From positions 544,001-608,000 of the forward strand of contig JAUVXV010000001.1 in NCBI GenBank assembly GCA_030603365.1: a DNA stretch of 64,000 nucleotides, written 5' to 3'. The position numbers were made by a program, and so were the translations under genes. This DNA is from Candidatus Heimdallarchaeota archaeon (lineage in GTDB: Archaea > Asgardarchaeota > Heimdallarchaeia > Heimdallarchaeales > Heimdallarchaeaceae). The notes under the pieces were generated by a model. The model was not told the DNA's origin and did not search any database. It saw nothing but the letters and a program-made list of their open reading frames with translations. Shown one piece after another: positions 1 to 9,961 of the stretch; within the stretch, counting starts at the first letter, position 1, and each line of letters starts with the position of its first letter.

Positions 1-2522
1 TTTACTGCTTGTGATGCCCTTACTATCAATTCTTTTTGATTTCCATATGTTTCTTCAACTATTATTTCAGTAGATTTTATTTTCTTTGTCTCTATCTTTG
101 AAGATGAATACTGAACCTCTGCTATTTTCTTATTCAATGTATCAATAATCTTCTTTTGTTCTTTCCATTCCCTGAAGAATCTATTAACAGTCTTTGGAAG
201 AATCTTTGGTTCTACGCTCAGAATATTGGATGATTCCTTTAAAATTTGTTCTTGATTTTGAATATAATTTAGCGCAGGTTCTCCAGCTAAGATATCTAAT
301 CGAACAATCCCATCTTGTATTCTTTCACTTCCCACAAGTTTAATGATACCAATATCTCCTGTGTTATCAAGATGAGTTCCTCCACATGCTTCAATATCCC
401 AAGAATTGATAGCAATAATGTGAAGAATTTTTCCAGGGACAACTCCTCCTTGATAAATATGAAAACCAAAATCTCGTTCAGCTGCGTCTCGATCACGCTC
501 ACTCTTTTCAATGGAACGATGCTCAAAAACAACTTGATTTGCTAAAGTTTCTATCTTCTGTAATTCCTCAAATGATACAGATTGATAGTGAGTTATATCT
601 AATCTTGCTTTTTCTGGGGTTTTGTCAGCTCCTGCCTGCCAAATATGATCCCCAAGAACTTCTTTAGCAGCGTTATTAATGACATGAACTGCAGTATGGT
701 GCCTCATAATAGCTAGTCTTCTTTTACCATTAATCTCACCATTAATTTTAGTTCCCTTAGCAAAAGTACACTTTTCTCCTAACCTGTGTATGGTGGTTGA
801 TCCAATTCTGAATACATTAGTAACTTGGTATTCTTTTCCTTCGGAAGAAATCTTACCTGTATCATGAATTTGTCCTCCCCCTGTAGGATAGAAGAGTGTC
901 TGATCAAGAATTAGGTTATAATCATCAACTACATCCACAACTTTTGCTGTAAATTTTGTTTGATAAACATCAGTATAATATAACGGAAATGTGACATAAT
1001 CTTTGTCTATTTTCAATCCTTTGTATTCTACTATTTCATCTTTCTTATCTGCTTGTTTAGAAAGGAGTTCCTCTATTCTAATGTAAAAATCATCAGGAAC
1101 ATCAACTTCCACGTTTTTCTCTTTAGCTAGTTCTTTTACCATAAGAGGATTAATACCATTATTTTGGTATAAATCAACTAGTGTATTGAATTTTATTTCT
1201 TTACTTTTCTGGAGAAGTTGATTTATTATCCTTCTTCCTGAAACCTTCGTTTCTTCGTATCTTTTAATCTCTAAATCAATTATTTTGTGTATTTGATCCC
1301 TCTGATCTTTCACCCTCGGATAGGAAACTGACAAATGATCAATCTGTAAATCAAATATGTCATTTATAGAGAATTGAAGTTTAAACAGTTCTTTGAGAGC
1401 TATTATCCTGCGGAGAAGAACTCTAAGATTATATCCTCCTCCAACATTTGAAGGGATAGCTCCATCCGCAATAGTCATAGATAATGTTCTAGCATGATCT
1501 GCAATTGCATACATAGATTCAAGAGGTCCAATTGTTTTTATCATTTCATCGTAGGACATCCCTAGTTTCTTGGCAAGCTCAATTCTTTCATCCTTCAAAT
1601 CTTTAACTTCTTCTACTGCTAAGAGACCTGAAAGTCTACTATATTCAAGAAGTAAATCAGGATTGATATCGTAATCATTTTCTTTTTTCAGATACTCTAT
1701 TGCTTTGGGGAAAATAGCTTCATATATAGTGGGTGTTCCTTGACTGAACCAAGATGTTCGTTCCAGACCCCATCCAACATCAATCACCTGCATGTCGAGT
1801 TTCTTTACTTTTCCATTTTCAAAGCCATAAGCTATGAATACATTATTTACTAACTCTGTTCCAAAAGCCATAGCTTCAAGATTTGGCCCGAAATTTCCTC
1901 CACCAGACCATATCCCTTCAACGTAATTGATTTCATCTGATTTAAGTCCTAATTCTTCAGTAAGATATGTGAAATTCAAATCTAGACATTTATTCATCCA
2001 ATATCCGTCTGTTAATGTCTTTGAGTTGAAAGCATGTTGACCAAACATAACGAAACTAGTTAAATGACGAGCAGTTTTTCCAATATTATCAATATCTGAG
2101 AATTCTCCACCAGTTCTAATGCACATCTGAGGAACAACTAGAGGATTTGCAGGCGGGTCGATTACTCCTTCTAGTACCCAAGGTTGAAAATCAGCAATAG
2201 ATGCAATTGTGAAATCCATATCAGCTCTCCATCTTGAAACAACTGGATAATCCTTAATAGCTGTATGTCCGTTTTTGACAAAGAAATCAGTCAGACTTTT
2301 GATAGTTTCATCAAAATTTAGATTTTTACCTTTTTTATTCAGAAATTGATATCCTCCAGCACAACGTGTATCTCCACATGTTTCCTTATCAGGTACAAGA
2401 GTCCAGAAATTATGGTTACAGCTGGGGCAAAGTTTTCGAATATACCCCTTCTCTTTGAATAGCTCAACTTCATAGTTTTCTCTTTTGAAGTTCTTTTTAA
2501 GCTCGTCTTTGGATATTGACAT
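1..2522 (-). CDS. alaS: Alanyl-tRNA synthetase, archaeal type (3' end runs off the window)
   Basis: Not in the ORF track because it is truncated. My translation from ATG at 2522 gives MSISKDELKK...LCPSCNHNFWTL...CGDTRC (archaeal N-terminal Zn motif), then YPVVSRWRADMDFTIASIADFQPW, DVGWGLER, and the editing motifs RHHTAVH and ACGGTHL. Confidence 0.95.
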   Translation of the reverse strand, partial: MSISKDELKKNFKRENYEVELFKEKGYIRKLCPSCNHNFWTLVPDKETCGDTRCAGGYQFLNKKGKNLNFDETIKSLTDFFVKNGHTAIKDYPVVSRWRADMDFTIASIADFQPWVLEGVIDPPANPLVVPQMCIRTGGEFSDIDNIGKTARHLTSFVMFGQHAFNSKTLTDGYWMNKCLDLNFTYLTEELGLKSDEINYVEGIWSGGGNFGPNLEAMAFGTELVNNVFIAYGFENGKVKKLDMQVIDVGWGLERTSWFSQGTPTIYEAIFPKAIEYLKKENDYDINPDLLLEYSRLSGLLAVEEVKDLKDERIELAKKLGMSYDEMIKTIGPLESMYAIADHARTLSMTIADGAIPSNVGGGYNLRVLLRRIIALKELFKLQFSINDIFDLQIDHLSVSYPRVKDQRDQIHKIIDLEIKRYEETKVSGRRIINQLLQKSKEIKFNTLVDLYQNNGINPLMVKELAKEKNVEVDVPDDFYIRIEELLSKQADKKDEIVEYKGLKIDKDYVTFPLYYTDVYQTKFTAKVVDVVDDYNLILDQTLFYPTGGGQIHDTGKISSEGKEYQVTNVFRIGSTTIHRLGEKCTFAKGTKINGEINGKRRLAIMRHHTAVHVINNAAKEVLGDHIWQAGADKTPEKARLDITHYQSVSFEELQKIETLANQVVFEHRSIEKSERDRDAAERDFGFHIYQGGVVPGKILHIIAINSWDIEACGGTHLDNTGDIGIIKLVGSERIQDGIVRLDILAGEPALNYIQNQEQILKESSNILSVEPKILPKTVNRFFREWKEQKKIIDTLNKKIAEVQYSSSKIETKKIKSTEIIVEETYGNQKELIVRASQAV

Positions 2523-2625
2523 AGTAACTCTAAAAGCAAATGAAACTATAAAATATAAAAATATGCTTAAGAAAAACTGATTTTCATTGCAATAGTTTTT
2601 TAAGAGTTTAATTTTGCTTTCTGTT

Positions 2626-3810
2626 ATGGATAATATAGAAATAAAGGAGTTCCAAGGGCAAGATGATGAAGCTCTAGAAATGGCTTTCTATGCTTTTTAT
2701 CCAACTCCTGGTGATGTTGAGAAAATCAAAAAAATGGCACCTTACTTCAAGGATGACACATCTTTTGTTCTTTTCGAAAACAATAAACCTGTTTCAGCAT
2801 TAATATGTAAACCAATTCCCCAGAATGTTAGAGGGTTAATTAATCAAATGTGCGGAATCCAAAATGTAGCTACAAATCCAGAAGCTAGAGGAAAAGGATA
2901 TTCAAAAATTTTGATGAAAAAGGCATTTGAACATATGAAAGAGAAAGACTATGTTTTTTCAACTCTTTACCCATTCAAAGAATCCTACTATGAGAAATTT
3001 GGCTACATCAGTTTTCCACAAGTAAGAACAGCTATTTTTTCTCCAAAACAAATTGTAACTCTACTGAAAAAAGACTTGCCTGGTGGTGTTGAAAGATATA
3101 GCTTCAAAGATGGATTTGAGATTTATGAAAAATTCTTGAAAGAAATCCAAAATTCAATTCATGGTATGGGAATAAAACATACAACTGAAATCATCAGGTA
3201 TAAAGACAATTCTAATGAATGGGTGGCTATCGCTCAAAATAATGGCAAGGTTGTAGGAATTATGACCTACAAAATTACAGGATTCTGGAAAGAGATCAAA
3301 GTTCGAGATTTCTTTTATAGCAGTTCTTTGGGTAAATATCTACTATTACAATTTTTAGCTGTACATGCAGATCAAGTCAAAGAAATTCACATAACAATCA
3401 AACCAGATGAATTTCCAGAAACATGGATTAACGATACATTTTGGGGAGATAATGGTAAAATCATTAGTAGGGAGTGGGTGCCATCTTGTATGGGACGAAT
3501 AATACAAATTGAAAAACTTTCTAATTTAAAAGTTGGAGAAGGAAGTATTTCAGTAAGTATATCTGATGATTATTGCGATTGGAATAACAAATCCTTTACT
3601 TTGAAGAGCGATGATGGAGTCTTAGAAATAACTGAAACTGACCATTCTGAATGTGAGTTAACAATTCAAGGATTATCGGCAATTGTCTATGGTTGTTATA
3701 ATTTAGATGATTTTGAGTTCAAAGGATGGGGAAGTCTAACTGACGATTATAAAATAAAAATCGAAAAATTGTTTCCAAAAAAATCACCATTTTTATATGC
3801 AGATTTTTAA
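2626..3810 (+). CDS. Eis-like GNAT acetyltransferase
   Basis: VATNPEARGKGY acetyl-CoA motif, STLYPF..YYEKFGY, C-terminal SCP2-like region ending in Phe. ATG 2626 preferred over TTG 2614. Confidence 0.85.
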   Translation: MDNIEIKEFQGQDDEALEMAFYAFYPTPGDVEKIKKMAPYFKDDTSFVLFENNKPVSALICKPIPQNVRGLINQMCGIQNVATNPEARGKGYSKILMKKAFEHMKEKDYVFSTLYPFKESYYEKFGYISFPQVRTAIFSPKQIVTLLKKDLPGGVERYSFKDGFEIYEKFLKEIQNSIHGMGIKHTTEIIRYKDNSNEWVAIAQNNGKVVGIMTYKITGFWKEIKVRDFFYSSSLGKYLLLQFLAVHADQVKEIHITIKPDEFPETWINDTFWGDNGKIISREWVPSCMGRIIQIEKLSNLKVGEGSISVSISDDYCDWNNKSFTLKSDDGVLEITETDHSECELTIQGLSAIVYGCYNLDDFEFKGWGSLTDDYKIKIEKLFPKKSPFLYADF

Positions 3811-3821
3811 TTTCTATCTTT

Positions 3822-4811
3822 TTACATCATTGTATCCCATACTGTTGGAGCTGAATCTGGATAGAAATTATCAATATCTTTTATCACAATTGCTATTTGG
3901 CCTGTTTTACCATGTATGGAATATGGCATCCTACTAACACGTCTAGTATCCATTGTAACTTTTCTATCAATTCTTGGATATCTTTGAAGAATAAATTCGC
4001 TGGAGAGTTTTCTTCTTATTATAGTGTCATTTGGAATGAGGATGTTGTAATCATTATGATCAAAGTTTTCAAAGGTTTTTATTCTAGCAACAATCTCATT
4101 AGCTTTGCGTGTTGAAATTCCTAGTTCTTTCAAGCTTTCTGGAGTCGCTCTATCAAGGTAAGCTTTGGCGACTAAAGCATATATCCGATTACGTAATGGT
4201 TTTGCTTCATTTGGAATCTCTTCAATAGACTGTGATCGTTTTTCATCATGAATAAATGTTAGATAATTAAGTATTGCAACTCTTTGAGCTTGGTCAAAAT
4301 CATGAGTTATCTTATCCATCACCCAACCATGAACCCCTCTTCTACCTGAGAAGAACCAAATGACTTCCTTAAAACCAAAGTCTTCTTTCATAGTTTTATC
4401 TATGAAGCTTGCTGCTTCTTGTACTAGTGACCAACAGTCTTTGCAATATACATCTCCATGACAACCACATGTTCTTACTAAATCATATTCATCAATATCA
4501 ATATCATAAATGAACTCTCTAGCTTTCCATTTTATCCTTTGAATTGGATTTTCTCTAGATGGAGGCTTATCATAAACTGCCCCCACATAAGCATGTTGGA
4601 CACTATTTTGAACCATAAAATCTTTTAGTTTATCAGTATTAGAAAAGGAAATATTTCTCACAAACCTGTTGTCACCAACTACAAAACCAAATTCTCTATT
4701 CTGAAAATTCGATAAACCAACAAATGACATGAAATAATCCATTGGAAATTTCTCAACATAGTATTTAGCTAAGATTTCATCTGTCAATTTTTCATTCATT
4801 TGTTTTATCAC
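3822..4811 (-). CDS. priS: DNA primase small (catalytic) subunit
   Basis: REFGF, EFIYDIDIDEY (catalytic DxD), CGCHGDVYCKDCW Zn motif, SGRRGVH, YPRIDRKVT, RMPYSIHGKTG. Confidence 0.95.
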   Translation of the reverse strand: MIKQMNEKLTDEILAKYYVEKFPMDYFMSFVGLSNFQNREFGFVVGDNRFVRNISFSNTDKLKDFMVQNSVQHAYVGAVYDKPPSRENPIQRIKWKAREFIYDIDIDEYDLVRTCGCHGDVYCKDCWSLVQEAASFIDKTMKEDFGFKEVIWFFSGRRGVHGWVMDKITHDFDQAQRVAILNYLTFIHDEKRSQSIEEIPNEAKPLRNRIYALVAKAYLDRATPESLKELGISTRKANEIVARIKTFENFDHNDYNILIPNDTIIRRKLSSEFILQRYPRIDRKVTMDTRRVSRMPYSIHGKTGQIAIVIKDIDNFYPDSAPTVWDTMM

Positions 4812-6139
4812 TTTTCCTTGTCTTTCTTCTGATCTTTCTTTGTATAGAACCGTTTGTAAGCTTTGGTAGTATAGCTTAACATGTGTAAAACTCTGCGAAT
4901 TTGCCAGCCAGTAAGTAATCTAAAATATCTCCCACATGCTTCCTGAAATCTTTGATTTATTATTAGTCTGGAAATATCCTCAATAGCTCTGTCTACAACC
5001 TTTTGATCTCTATCTTTCATTAGCGTCTTTATGTCTTCAGAAATATCTTCTAATTTCTTATGAGCCCAATAACAGAAATATCCATTTATGCATGTTTTAC
5101 AACTTGGGGGACTGTAATCTATCCCTCCTCCCACTTCACCATAAATGTGTTTTATCTGATAACCAACTCGACGAACAAATTCATCAAAAGACATACCTAC
5201 ATTATCTACGGAATTATTGTACCAAAAACGCTGTTGATCTTCTATTGTCATGCCTGCTTTCTTTAGAAATGTACCTAGTTGCCAATTTTCTACGTGTGAT
5301 AAGTGACCTTTTGATCTTAGAATCCCCAGTAACTCTAGAATACATGGTGGAAATAGTTCAGGTTTAGAAAATATCTCTTCTCCTTCACCAATTCCTAAAG
5401 TTGATAAATCACTAGAAAGCTTAGTTTTTCGAGCAATTTCAGTAATTTTGTCTCTAATTGGTTTTACGGTATTATCCAGACTCTTATTAGCTTCTACTAA
5501 ATCCTTCGATTTTTCAATAATAATCTTAAGTTGTTTTTCAAATTCTCTCTTTACAGCTAATCTGATGTCCGCTAATCTAACAATTCCCCAACCGTTGAAT
5601 AGTAAAACTTTTTTCGCTGATACTACAGAGGGGATTTTGTGAAATTTCACTGCAATTCTGCGATCCAAATCTTTTACTAATGACCCAAATTTACTTTTAG
5701 AATACCTACTTGATTTAAAGGGGACGTCAGCTAAGTTAAAATGTTTGTAAATGTTAATTTTGAAGAGTTTATCGATTTCCTGTATCGTCTTAACATTTTC
5801 CTTCTCATAAAGTTCTTCAAGAACTTTTATCTTTTGATCAAAGCTTGGGCTACTAACAAATCGGAATTCGAATAAATCTCCTTCTACCTCTACTAACCAA
5901 GAAGTCAGACGTGGATCTTTAGATACTGCTAATCTTAATAATAAATGCCCACCCATCTCTTCTACCTTTGTAAGATACCATTCATCATCATCCATCCAGG
6001 AAGGTTTTGAAATACTCCATAAATCTTCATCAATAAAGCGTTGTAATCTAGTGTCTGCAAACCTATTCCAATTGTCAACATCTACAGATATCTCACCTGG
6101 ATCTTTTAACACATACCAATCGGGAATTTCGATAGACAT
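4808..6139 (-). CDS. priL: DNA primase large subunit with Fe-S C-terminal domain
   Basis: HLLLRLA...EGDLFEFRF, FPPC, YQIKHIYG..YSPPSC, FCYW, QEACGRYF. 4-bp overlap with priS. Confidence 0.92.
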   Translation of the reverse strand: MSIEIPDWYVLKDPGEISVDVDNWNRFADTRLQRFIDEDLWSISKPSWMDDDEWYLTKVEEMGGHLLLRLAVSKDPRLTSWLVEVEGDLFEFRFVSSPSFDQKIKVLEELYEKENVKTIQEIDKLFKINIYKHFNLADVPFKSSRYSKSKFGSLVKDLDRRIAVKFHKIPSVVSAKKVLLFNGWGIVRLADIRLAVKREFEKQLKIIIEKSKDLVEANKSLDNTVKPIRDKITEIARKTKLSSDLSTLGIGEGEEIFSKPELFPPCILELLGILRSKGHLSHVENWQLGTFLKKAGMTIEDQQRFWYNNSVDNVGMSFDEFVRRVGYQIKHIYGEVGGGIDYSPPSCKTCINGYFCYWAHKKLEDISEDIKTLMKDRDQKVVDRAIEDISRLIINQRFQEACGRYFRLLTGWQIRRVLHMLSYTTKAYKRFYTKKDQKKDKEK

Positions 6140-6165
6140 AACAAGTTCCTTTTCTCATTTACTAA

Positions 6166-7308
6166 CTAACCTATATTATTAAAAAATTGTGTTAAAGTTT
6201 TCTGATTATCATCTATTTTCATTAAATTTGAAATTTTTACTCCAATTAATCTTATATCTTCAGGTTTTTTTCCTTCAAACTCTTCTAGAAGTTTCATTAC
6301 AACAACTCTTACATGTTTAGGAGATGTATTGTAACTTGTTAATGAATGAGCTCTTGTATAGGTTTCAAAGTTTTTGAAACGAATTTTCAGAGTAATAGTT
6401 CTGAAACTCATTTTTTTAACTGTCAATCTAGTAACTATCGCATCTATAGAAGAATCTATTCTTATCCAAATCTCTTCCCATGAATTATACTTCTCAAAAA
6501 AAGTACGTTCTTCACTGATAGATTTTCGTTCATGACGAACAAATTTCTCTCCTGTATTTTCAGTATTATAGCCATTTACAAGTTTCCATGTTTTTAGACC
6601 ATATTTACCAAATTTTTGATAAGCAAGTTGATGAGGAAGTTTTGCCAAATCACCACAGAGTTCAACATTCTCTTTGCTGAATACTTCAAAACTTTTCCTT
6701 CCCACGCCTGGAATAATAGTGATATTCAAAGGAGCTAGGAATTCTGATATTTCAAGAGGTTTAACCACAACTAATCCATCAGGTTTATCGGAATCAGAAG
6801 CAATTTTTGCCAAAATTCTATTAGGTGCAATACCTATTGAACAAGTTATTTCTTCACTTGCATAGACGTCATCTTTTAATTCTGTTGCTAATCTTTTTGC
6901 TTCTTCATAATCTGCCACAACATCTGTTAAATCGAGATATGCTTCATCATTTCCTGCAACCTTCATTGTGGGAGAATAATACTCTAATATCTTCATTATA
7001 CTCTTTGATACTTCTCCGTAAAGCTTGAACGACCCACGTACCATTGTTAGATGGGGACATAATTTCAAAGCCTGATTAATTGGCATTCCTGAGTGAATCC
7101 CAAATTTTCTTGCTTCATAGGAACAAGTACTCACAACACCTTGCTTGGTTTTAGGATTGCCACCAACAACCAATGGTAACCCTTCTAATTCAGGATTTTC
7201 TCTAATTTCGACAGATGCAAAAAATGCATCTAAGTCCATATAGAGAATTATTGAATCAAATGTTTGTTCTCTTTCTGAGAAATAAACAATTTGATTAGCA
7301 AGGGTCAT
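6166..7308 (-). CDS. dinB: Y-family DNA polymerase IV with C-terminal PIP box
   Basis: DLDAFFASVE, SYEARKFG, NDEAYLD, LAKIASD..KPDG, IPGVG, C-terminal QKTLTQFF. Confidence 0.95.
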   Translation of the reverse strand: MTLANQIVYFSEREQTFDSIILYMDLDAFFASVEIRENPELEGLPLVVGGNPKTKQGVVSTCSYEARKFGIHSGMPINQALKLCPHLTMVRGSFKLYGEVSKSIMKILEYYSPTMKVAGNDEAYLDLTDVVADYEEAKRLATELKDDVYASEEITCSIGIAPNRILAKIASDSDKPDGLVVVKPLEISEFLAPLNITIIPGVGRKSFEVFSKENVELCGDLAKLPHQLAYQKFGKYGLKTWKLVNGYNTENTGEKFVRHERKSISEERTFFEKYNSWEEIWIRIDSSIDAIVTRLTVKKMSFRTITLKIRFKNFETYTRAHSLTSYNTSPKHVRVVVMKLLEEFEGKKPEDIRLIGVKISNLMKIDDNQKTLTQFFNNIG

Positions 7309-7361
7309 ATGATATTAAAATGGATTTTTCAATATAAAAATACAAAAAAAGAATGAAGAAG

Positions 7362-9386
7362 CTATCTTCTTCTTCGAATAAAGATAACAACTAAAGCTAC
7401 AACACTCAATATTGGAAGTGCTACTAATGGTAATAACTCAGGAGTTACATCAGGAACAGAACCTGGAGTTGGAGTATCAATTATGAAATCGCTGTTACAA
7501 TCATTAGTATCAACATTACCAAATTCTCTCTGTAATGTCTGATCATCTCCAGTTGTAGCACCACTCCAAGTAGTGACACCAGATACACTTCCAGATCCCC
7601 ATGCTACAGCATCTCTTATTGTACCAGAAGGGTCTTCAAGAATAATCTCGTCTCCAGAATTAGCAAGTTGAATATCTCCTAACCCATAATCTGCAGGTGG
7701 TGCTGAAACAGGTATTGCTGCCATTTCACTCTCATATGTTGAACTATCAGAGTTGAAAATCAAGACTTCATCTGATTCTATTTGTGCATTATTGGGCATG
7801 TTGTATGCCCCCTCATTATCTGTTAATGACCAACCTTCAAGGTAGATTGCAAAATCAAATGCATTAAAAACTTCCACAAATTCACCATTAGGTTCAGAAA
7901 CTGCATCATATCTGACTTCAGTGATTAGTAGATCCCATTCATCAAGGTTGATGATATTAATCTTTGATTCTATTTCAATTGGGTCTCCTACTGTTGGAGT
8001 CCCTACTACTTTGACAATATGAATGCCATCATCATAAGAATCGGTATTAACACTTATGCTAACAATTCCATCAGGATTAGACCATACATGGACTGATAAA
8101 CCATCTATGAATAATTCACCTTCAGTGTATGTATTAACGGCAAAAGAAACTTGGAAATTGTAATCATTTGAAGCTATTCCACCTACCTTTGGAGATACAA
8201 GCGCAATGGGTGCCGCATAACCTACTGGTACTTCACTATTAGCCCAGTCATAATCAAAAACAGTTTTGAAATAAGCTGCAATATTAGAATTCTTAACAAT
8301 TGCTCCTGCTTCTCTGTTATTCTCCATAGAGTTATTTGACCAGTTTATACTTGAAACCTGAACTGTTTCACCATCAACAGAAACATACTTGTTATGATTG
8401 TGACCAAGTCCTTTGAAGAATCTAACTTGTGCTCCATTGTTAATCAGTACTTCTGTAACATTCTCATTTGCCACACCTGGTTCAGGGATAAGTACTCTCA
8501 CAGCAACACCTCTAAGTGCTGCATCAATTACATCATTAAGCAAATCACAATCAAACTTAATGTATTGCAACTCTAAATCTAAACTAATAGTTGCAGATTG
8601 GATGAGATTAGAGAGAAGTTCATAACCGTTATCTGGTGCAAAAATTGGTGTTACTTCAGCAGATTCTACAAAAGTTGTGTAATCAAATGGATGCTCATAT
8701 GTTCCTGTAGTTTCATTGGCTTGTAGAGTACCTGTATGAGCTATTATGGTGTAGGCTGTTGAAATCCCATTATCATCAAAGAATACATCTTCATAGTAAC
8801 CAGCAATGTCAACATCATTAAAGATGAAACCCATTTCTCTATTTGTTCTTGCCCCTTCATATTGAGGGATACTAGAAGGTGCCCAATTTCCGGAATATAC
8901 AAATGCTTGTTGACTATCAACTATCCAGAATTTAGCATGGGTAAAAGTAAAGGAACTGCTTGTCCAAAACACATCAATTCCTGCATCATATAATCTCCAA
9001 GCTGCTTCCTCAGTGTATTCATCTTCATAGCTATTTACTCGATCATCAGAAAGTTGGACTACAACATCTACTCCTCTGTTATGGGCTCTGATCAACTCAC
9101 TTACTAAAGGTTCACTTGAGAGAGTATAAACTTCTAAATAGAATGAGGTTAGAGAATTCTTAATTGAGTTTAAGACTATTTCATAAGCATTGTCAGGACC
9201 TACAAAAGCTGTAATATTAGTAGTACCTGTAAATGTTTCTGGTATTATGGCATTTATCACATATTCATCTATACCAGTAGTAATCTGATTTCCAGCAGTT
9301 ACTTGATTTTCTACATTAATTGCAGAAAAAATAGGTAAAAGTAGCGACAAAATAACCAGTAAACTAAATTGTTTTTTTCTTATCAT
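7362..9386 (-). CDS. Membrane-anchored extracellular phospholipase D-family protein with lamin-tail domain
   Basis: Signal peptide, two HKD motifs (HAKFWIVD, HNKYVSVD), LTD (LITEVRY...EFVEVFN...LANSGDEIIL), C-terminal TM helix plus RRRR. Start ATG 9386 preferred. Confidence 0.85.
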   Translation of the reverse strand: MIRKKQFSLLVILSLLLPIFSAINVENQVTAGNQITTGIDEYVINAIIPETFTGTTNITAFVGPDNAYEIVLNSIKNSLTSFYLEVYTLSSEPLVSELIRAHNRGVDVVVQLSDDRVNSYEDEYTEEAAWRLYDAGIDVFWTSSSFTFTHAKFWIVDSQQAFVYSGNWAPSSIPQYEGARTNREMGFIFNDVDIAGYYEDVFFDDNGISTAYTIIAHTGTLQANETTGTYEHPFDYTTFVESAEVTPIFAPDNGYELLSNLIQSATISLDLELQYIKFDCDLLNDVIDAALRGVAVRVLIPEPGVANENVTEVLINNGAQVRFFKGLGHNHNKYVSVDGETVQVSSINWSNNSMENNREAGAIVKNSNIAAYFKTVFDYDWANSEVPVGYAAPIALVSPKVGGIASNDYNFQVSFAVNTYTEGELFIDGLSVHVWSNPDGIVSISVNTDSYDDGIHIVKVVGTPTVGDPIEIESKINIINLDEWDLLITEVRYDAVSEPNGEFVEVFNAFDFAIYLEGWSLTDNEGAYNMPNNAQIESDEVLIFNSDSSTYESEMAAIPVSAPPADYGLGDIQLANSGDEIILEDPSGTIRDAVAWGSGSVSGVTTWSGATTGDDQTLQREFGNVDTNDCNSDFIIDTPTPGSVPDVTPELLPLVALPILSVVALVVIFIRRRR

Positions 9387-9449
9387 AGGTATACATACAA
9401 AATTTCCCTTAATAAATATGTATCGTCTACGCAAAAAAATCAGTGACCT

Positions 9450-9905
9450 TTATCTTACTTTCTTTAGCAGTTCAGAAGCTTTTTTCAGTTCATTTGAAGC
9501 GTTAGGTCTTCTTGCTGATCTTTGGATGAATCTTTCAAATTGCTGATATTCCTTTTCAGTTATATCAAGTGTTTGAATTATTTCACTAGAGGATAGATTT
9601 TCAATAGCAGGAATCTCTGATAATTCAATAGCAAATTCTATAGGTGTTAATTTGTCTTTGAATACTAGAAAAGGTTCTCCCCAAATTTGCTTAAGAAAGT
9701 TAAGATCTTCTTCATTAGCTCCCCAAACATGAATAGAATGACCATTATCTCTGATTTTTTCTGAGATTTTGATTCTAGATTTAACAAAGATAAAGTGTCC
9801 ATCTCCTGTGTCATGTTGCTTCACTTCAGCATCATACCTTGTTGCAACGTTATGGAGTTGGTTCAATATCTGTTGCTTATCAATGGGTTTGAAAATTATT
9901 TTCAT
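9450..9905 (-). CDS. Hypothetical protein
   Basis: 151-aa ORF co-oriented between the xpd and PLD genes; no motif recognised. Confidence 0.6.
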   Translation of the reverse strand: MKIIFKPIDKQQILNQLHNVATRYDAEVKQHDTGDGHFIFVKSRIKISEKIRDNGHSIHVWGANEEDLNFLKQIWGEPFLVFKDKLTPIEFAIELSEIPAIENLSSSEIIQTLDITEKEYQQFERFIQRSARRPNASNELKKASELLKKVR

Positions 9906-9961
9906 ATATTAACTCATGAACCAAAAGCATAAAATTGTTTCTCAAATGCTAAAGAACACAG

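Noticed and set aside
296-2539. Short ORFs 296-532, 315-545 and 2339-2539
   Set aside because: They are alternate-frame or antisense shadows of the long alaS frame.
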